Source: Candidatus Moanibacter sp.
GTDB lineage: Bacteria; Verrucomicrobiota; Verrucomicrobiia; Opitutales; UBA2987
NCBI GenBank assembly: GCA_965215885.1
Contig: CBDCEW010000084.1
Span: 1-64,000, forward strand
DNA: 64,000 bases
Direction of reading: 5' to 3'
Made by a program: the position numbers and the translations under genes. How positions within the stretch are numbered: the first letter of the stretch is position 1; every line of letters starts with the position of its first letter. The notes under the pieces were generated by a model. The model searched no databases. It was given only the letters and a program-made list of their open reading frames with translations, and was not told where the DNA came from. Shown here piece by piece: positions 58,854-64,000 of the stretch.

Positions 58854-60794
58854 ATGCGTCTTCGTCTATTACTGCTCGTATTTAACACGGTACTTGCGTT
58901 GGGCTTCAGTTGTGTGCTGGTGGATCCGTTGTGGGCGGAACTGATGATCGTGTATGGGGGCTACCCCATTATATTTGTAACTTTCCTGATATTCGTTTGG
59001 TCGCTGGCAAGGTTGTTTCAGGGGGAAGTCCGAAGTGTCCGATTTTCGCGAAACAGTGTCGTCTTTCTGGTAACGATTGTGGGTTCCTCTTCGCTACTGC
59101 TGTTACACGAGCCTTTCGATTTTAAAATTGTCATGGATGAACTGGTGCTTCTTGGCATTTCCATGAAGATGCACTTTGAGAAGATCGTTGCGGTAGCAGT
59201 CAGATCAAATGACTACTTTGGAAGTTTTGAGCTAATTGGGGGATATCTGGACAAACGTCCTTTTTTTCATCCCTTCCTCCTCTCTTTGGTGCATACACTT
59301 ACAGGGTATAGACCGGAGAACGCATTTGTTCTGAACGGGGCGCTGACCTTTGTGCTTCTCGTCCTGGTCTATTCATACGGGCGGAAGCTCGTTGATGCAT
59401 CTGTTGGAATCCTGGCGGTGCTTTTGATTGCGAGCGTGCCCTTAGTCGGACAGAATGCGACGGGCGGACATTTTGAGATATTGAACCTCGTCATGATCGT
59501 CGCAGCGATGCTGTTATCTTGTCGGTATTTGGAGCAACCTGATGAGCGCTCTCTTGCTTCACTCTGCTATTGCGGACTGCTCTTGGCCCAGACGCGATAT
59601 GAGTCGGTCGTATTCGTATTATCGATCGGCGCGGTTGTGCTGATAGGTTGGGTCAGAGCAGGGAAACCGATTCTCTCGTGGCCAACCGTGTTCGCGCCTT
59701 TGTTGCTGGTTGGATATCCCCTTCATTTTCGAGTGACGATGTCGAGGCCCGACTTTTCCCAGCTCGCTGGTAAGGGACTTGAAAATGCATTCAGCCTGGA
59801 GTACGTGGGATACAATCTCGTGCGTGCCGTTAATTACCTGTTTCACATGGGACAGGTCCTCTCCAATTCAATATTTCTGTCTCTCTTGGGAGTAATCGGC
59901 CTTATCATTTTTCTTGGATTTGTCTGCTGGCGATGGCGAGAGGTATGGGAGAAGAAAACCGCGCATCTTGTGCTCTTTATTTTCACGGTCGGAGTTATGC
60001 TTTCTTTTGCACTGACAATGGGTTATCACTGGGGGCAATATGACGATCCTATAGCCAGTCGTTTTAGCCTGTCTTTGGCACTTGTTTTTGTGTTTGTTTG
60101 CCCCGTTGCGCTGAGAATTGTGCCGGGACCGTACCTTCTTTCAGTACTGGTCTTGTTCGGTTACAATATCTGGTTTTTCATTTGGGATCTCGAACCTCTC
60201 GAAGTTGTAACGATGGGCGTGAGGCTGATTCTCGTCTTCATTATCGCCTGCGCGCTGACCTTGATTTGGCTGCTCAAAGGTAAGAATATGGTGAATTTCA
60301 TGATAGCGGCCACCTTGGTGTTCATCGTTTTTATGACCATTCCCGTCCTCGCCAATCATCGCTACTCCCAGATTTCGACGCCCGCCACTGAAGTGCGGAT
60401 GATGCGGGAATTTTTTAAGGAGAATCCAAGGAGAGATTACTTCTTTACCTCCAGGAGCGCTTTAGTGGCGAGCACGCATCTCGTCTCTTCGGCGACGATA
60501 CGCAAGGTTCGCGAGAATCCCGAGACGATCGCCGAGCATATTCTGCACCGAAACTACAATGCGATATATGCCTTTCAGCTGGTCGATGTCCATCCGGATA
60601 CCGGGGAGCTTCATATCGTCGATAAATACGATCTTGGCCCTCGATTCGTTTACGAAACGGTAATCGAACGCAGGCTGGTACCCTTACAGCTCGCGCGCAT
60701 CGTGCGTATCGTCGCTGTGAAATCGCCGGAAGAGGGTGGCGAGAACACACTCGAAGCCGATTCGGAATCTTCCCAGTCAGCGGCGCTGGAATGA
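58854..60794 (+). CDS. Polytopic membrane glycosyltransferase (GT-C, ArnT/PMT-like)
   Basis: Many TM helices; MDE, DKRPFF.P and QTRYES motifs. Confidence 0.7.
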   Translation: MRLRLLLLVFNTVLALGFSCVLVDPLWAELMIVYGGYPIIFVTFLIFVWSLARLFQGEVRSVRFSRNSVVFLVTIVGSSSLLLLHEPFDFKIVMDELVLLGISMKMHFEKIVAVAVRSNDYFGSFELIGGYLDKRPFFHPFLLSLVHTLTGYRPENAFVLNGALTFVLLVLVYSYGRKLVDASVGILAVLLIASVPLVGQNATGGHFEILNLVMIVAAMLLSCRYLEQPDERSLASLCYCGLLLAQTRYESVVFVLSIGAVVLIGWVRAGKPILSWPTVFAPLLLVGYPLHFRVTMSRPDFSQLAGKGLENAFSLEYVGYNLVRAVNYLFHMGQVLSNSIFLSLLGVIGLIIFLGFVCWRWREVWEKKTAHLVLFIFTVGVMLSFALTMGYHWGQYDDPIASRFSLSLALVFVFVCPVALRIVPGPYLLSVLVLFGYNIWFFIWDLEPLEVVTMGVRLILVFIIACALTLIWLLKGKNMVNFMIAATLVFIVFMTIPVLANHRYSQISTPATEVRMMREFFKENPRRDYFFTSRSALVASTHLVSSATIRKVRENPETIAEHILHRNYNAIYAFQLVDVHPDTGELHIVDKYDLGPRFVYETVIERRLVPLQLARIVRIVAVKSPEEGGENTLEADSESSQSAALE

Positions 60795-60834
60795 ATTTCA
60801 AAAAGACACAGTTTTTCTGTACAGCGATACTCGG

Positions 60835-61045
60835 CGGGTCAGCCTTTGTCTCGAAGAAGACGGATTTCTCTCTTCCTCTCAGCTCGAATTGGCGTGAGAA
60901 TTTTTCCTCTTGGGTGTCGAAGTTTCCAGCTTCAACTTTATTATGATCAGGAGTTATGATTATCGGACGATCTTTCTTCTCTTCACCCTACCCTACCTCT
61001 TTGATATGGCGAAAGTTCCGGAGGCAGCCAAATCGCTTCTAAGGA
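60835..61045 (+). pseudogene. Diverged fragment paralogous to 61890..62095
   Basis: Shares TGGCGTGAGAATT..TTCCTCTTGGGTGTCG and GATTATCGGAC.AT.TTTCTTCTCTT blocks; frameshifted. Confidence 0.75.
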
Positions 61046-61055
61046 ATTCTTCCCG

Positions 61056-62345
61056 ATGGAAAGAGCAGGTGTGAATCATAGAAGGATACAATTTGTCTGT
61101 ATGGCGCTGTTGGTTGGCAGCCTCCTGTTTTATGTCACTCTGTATCCTCCCGCCTGGAGGCTTTTCATTGGCCCATATTACATGGGGTATCCATTTCTGG
61201 ATCTGCATGGCGTCCTCTCCTATGCCGAAGGGTATAATCGGGGTTGGAACTTAAGGACATTGGAGTCCAACCCCTTGGACTTTTTGAAAAGGGGAAATAC
61301 GGCATATCCCAATCTGTGGTATTCTCTCCCCGGAGCGTTAGGATTTACGCGTCAACATGAAATCCCTTTGGCTCTTATGATTGTCGTGGGATTTCTCTCC
61401 TTCCTCCTCTTTTTTCTCTACCCCCGTTCGTGGAAGGATGTCTTAATCGGTTTTCTTGTTATTTGCTCACCGGGAGCACTCCTGGCAATGGAGCGTGGCA
61501 ATAACGATCTCGTGATTTTTTTGTTGCTCGCCATCGTCCCGCTCTGCTTCGAGTGGCGGTCGCGTGTGGGATTTCCATTGGCGTGGACAGTGCTGCTGTT
61601 TGCCACAGCCCTCAAGTACTATCCGATTACCGGATATATTCTCTTTGTGAGGAATATAAAGCAGCTGCGCCTACTGTTTTGGTATGCATTTGCGGCCTTC
61701 TTCGCGGTTTCGGCCTATTTCGCAGTCAATGTGGAGGATTTTCTTCAGGTTCCCCGGAATCTTCGGGCCTACACAGATCCCATCGACGTTTTCACTTTCG
61801 GAGCAAAGGGCTTCTTTTATTTTATCAGTTATGACAGAGAATACCTTGGAGTCTCCGTCCTTCTCGGCTTTCTGGCTATCTTGGGTGGGGCCGCCTTTTT
61901 CGCGAAAAAGACCGATTCTTCACTTCTACCGAGCTCTCAATGGCGTGAGAATTATTTCCTCTTGGGTGTCGCTATCTCGGCTTTCGCATTTTTTTTGATC
62001 AGCAGTTACGATTATCGGACCATTTTTCTTCTCTTTACGTTCCCTTACCTCCTTGAATTGGGAAAAGACTCAGGGGAAGCCAATCGTCTCAGGATAGCGG
62101 CGCGGGTTCTCACAGCGCTTCTGATTATCGTGATGTGGATCGAAACGGTCTACTTTTTTGTGGTCTTAGACCCGGTTCAACGCCAGTGGCATGCGGTAGG
62201 GGTCGGGTACGTGGTACTCATCAAGCACGGTTTGGCGTGGATTGTGATGGCAATGCTGGTAGGGTTGGCTTTCCTGCTTCTGAAGCCGAGTGTAGCGAGA
62301 CTTTGGGCATCTCTTCCACCATTGATAAAAGAGAAATCGGGATAG
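61056..62345 (+). CDS. Membrane glycosyltransferase-like protein (GT87/DUF2029-like)
   Basis: PF.DL, YP..W, ERGNNDL, LKYYP, YDYR.IFL. Confidence 0.7.
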   Translation: MERAGVNHRRIQFVCMALLVGSLLFYVTLYPPAWRLFIGPYYMGYPFLDLHGVLSYAEGYNRGWNLRTLESNPLDFLKRGNTAYPNLWYSLPGALGFTRQHEIPLALMIVVGFLSFLLFFLYPRSWKDVLIGFLVICSPGALLAMERGNNDLVIFLLLAIVPLCFEWRSRVGFPLAWTVLLFATALKYYPITGYILFVRNIKQLRLLFWYAFAAFFAVSAYFAVNVEDFLQVPRNLRAYTDPIDVFTFGAKGFFYFISYDREYLGVSVLLGFLAILGGAAFFAKKTDSSLLPSSQWRENYFLLGVAISAFAFFLISSYDYRTIFLLFTFPYLLELGKDSGEANRLRIAARVLTALLIIVMWIETVYFFVVLDPVQRQWHAVGVGYVVLIKHGLAWIVMAMLVGLAFLLLKPSVARLWASLPPLIKEKSG

Positions 62346-62440
62346 GAATCTGTCGGCCGAATCCGCGTCGGAATGTCGATCTGTCACCATAAAATCCGCT
62401 TCCCGGTGATGTTGGGAATTCTAAGTCCGACAGATTCCTA
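62343..62440. repeat. ~100-bp MITE-like element
   Basis: TAGGAATCTGTCGG...CCGACAGATTCCTA, with the internal GCGTCGGAATGTCGATCTGTCACCAT shared with 3111..3210. Confidence 0.88.
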
Positions 62441-62517
62441 ACCTGTGAATTTCACCGAGATTTCCGGATCAATGGGAGGCAGCGCACGAAACTCATCGTG
62501 AGTAAAAGGAAGGTAGC

Positions 62518-64000
62518 GTGTCATCTGATAAAGAGTATACCTCGCCGTTAGACAAAGCGTGGTTTTGTCTGTGCAAAGAAGCGTATAACGTAATGGTGAC
62601 TTCGCTTGGCCTTTGCCTGATATACTGCTACTTGCTCTGGCTTCCCTATGCCTCCTTTCTTTTGCAAAGCGGTGCTTACAGTGAGGTGCCAAAACAGTAT
62701 GGATTTTCAGTTTTCGAACTCTCTCCATGGAAGTATTGGGGACACGCGCTTCTAGTTATTGGATGTCTATCGGGAGTTGCCCTTGTCTTTAGGCGATACG
62801 TAAGGATCTTCCTTTGCATTCACCTGATGATTTTCTCGGGACTGATCGTATCGGTCCCCTTTTCTTTGAGTGCGGATCATAAGATCGCTTGCGTTCTGAT
62901 GTTGTGGCTCCTGCTGCTTCCAACCGGATTCGATGCCCGGGGCTACTATACCGGCCTCGCCGTTTTTGGTCTCAGGTTTCAGCTCGGGCTCATTTATTTC
63001 TGTGGCACTCTCTATAAACTGTTCGATCCGTCTTGGGTGACCGGAAATGCCCTCTTAGTAGGGCTACTTAACATGGTATCCGCCTCTTCGCTCGGTCTCG
63101 CATTCGGGCTACATGTGCCACCCTACATACACGGGATTTTAACCTATCTGTCGTTGGCGGTCGAAATGCTGGCCCTTCCGTTAATTCTCATTCCCGTTGG
63201 ATCCAGTTGGATTCGGCGAGCTCTCTTCTGCACGCTGGGCCTCTTCCATTTGGGGACATTCTTTCTCTTCGATCTGGGGATGTTTCCCTTCATCATGATT
63301 ACTTATCTTTTCTCTCTTCTTGAAACCGATGATTTCAGAATCTTTCAAAGAAAGACTTAGCGCCTGCCTCAAATCGCCCGCTGACAGTCTACGCCAAGGG
63401 GGCGCTGCGCTACTGCTTATTCTCACAGTTTACGCAGCATCTGTGGAGACTCTTCTGCAGCCACTCGGGTGGGAGATGGAGATTCTAAATCCCGTTGTGC
63501 GCCCATTGTCACAGCTTCTCGGCTTTAATCAGAATTGGGCGATGTTTACGCGTGGAAAAATTGAACCGCTGGCTACCGATGAATTGAGGTTGGATTCCGC
63601 CAGGCTTCGCCTCATGACAGCATTTGTGGTGGACGATAAAGGAGAGTTACGCGACCCCTTTACCTTTGAAATTGTAAGTTTCTCAGAGGCTTTCCAACAC
63701 TACGTAGATAGTCCTCGATTTATTCGTGCCTTATTGTTCGAAGTCGACGATCGTCATGAGGAGGGTCGACTGAATACGGTCTTAACCGTCGCGAATGCTG
63801 TCGCCGCAGGTTTTAAGAGAAGAATCGGTGAGGTGAAAGAGGTCGTCTACTACACCTATCGGTATGATCTACCCGTTGATGGGGAAGAGGCGTTATTCGA
63901 ACATTTTTATGAAATGCCGGTGATACTGAGAGAGTGGGGACGCGTACGATTTGTTCAAGGAAAGCCGGTGGAATTGACAAAGGCGTGGGGGGAGGCGGCA
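62518..64000 (+). pseudogene. HTTM-domain membrane protein, frameshifted near 63345; the second frame is open to the window end
   Basis: RFQLGLIY...YKL...W..G.AL and HLG......LGMFP motifs; the downstream frame has NQNWAMF. Confidence 0.65.

Noticed and set aside
1..64000. rRNA, tRNA or prophage genes
   Set aside because: None recognised by eye; tRNAscan-SE and Infernal would be needed to exclude them formally.

Overview
A ~55% GC bacterial window whose gene content looks Verrucomicrobia/Opitutae-like (inference). It is dominated by a large inverted segmental duplication: 1..15348 is the reverse complement of 43679..55142. The repeat carries a spermidine-synthase-like membrane methyltransferase, tyrA-aroA-cmk, a VTC/CotH/DUF4956 cluster, thrH and a YfhO tail. 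The left copy has two extra ISNCY/IS5-like insertions (1918 bp each, 6-bp TSDs), and the right copy starts exactly at the end of an ISAs1-family element. The unique middle holds a hydroxyacid-oxoacid transhydrogenase, a TetR-TolC-MFP-RND efflux operon, dsbD, glgP, mutL, yyaL, a class III cyclase and argH. The right end holds a PIN/TRAM gene, a type IV pilin and GT-C/HTTM membrane genes. The main finding is a complete IS110 element (54653..56354, minus strand) whose ~330-bp upstream non-coding end reads as a bridge RNA. A TTGACG-N17-TATAGT promoter forms only on circularisation. One internal loop matches the element's own junction (donor). A second internal loop matches the terminal inverted repeat of a ~100-bp MITE family found several times in this window (target). 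This copy, however, sits in a donor-like site rather than in that target.
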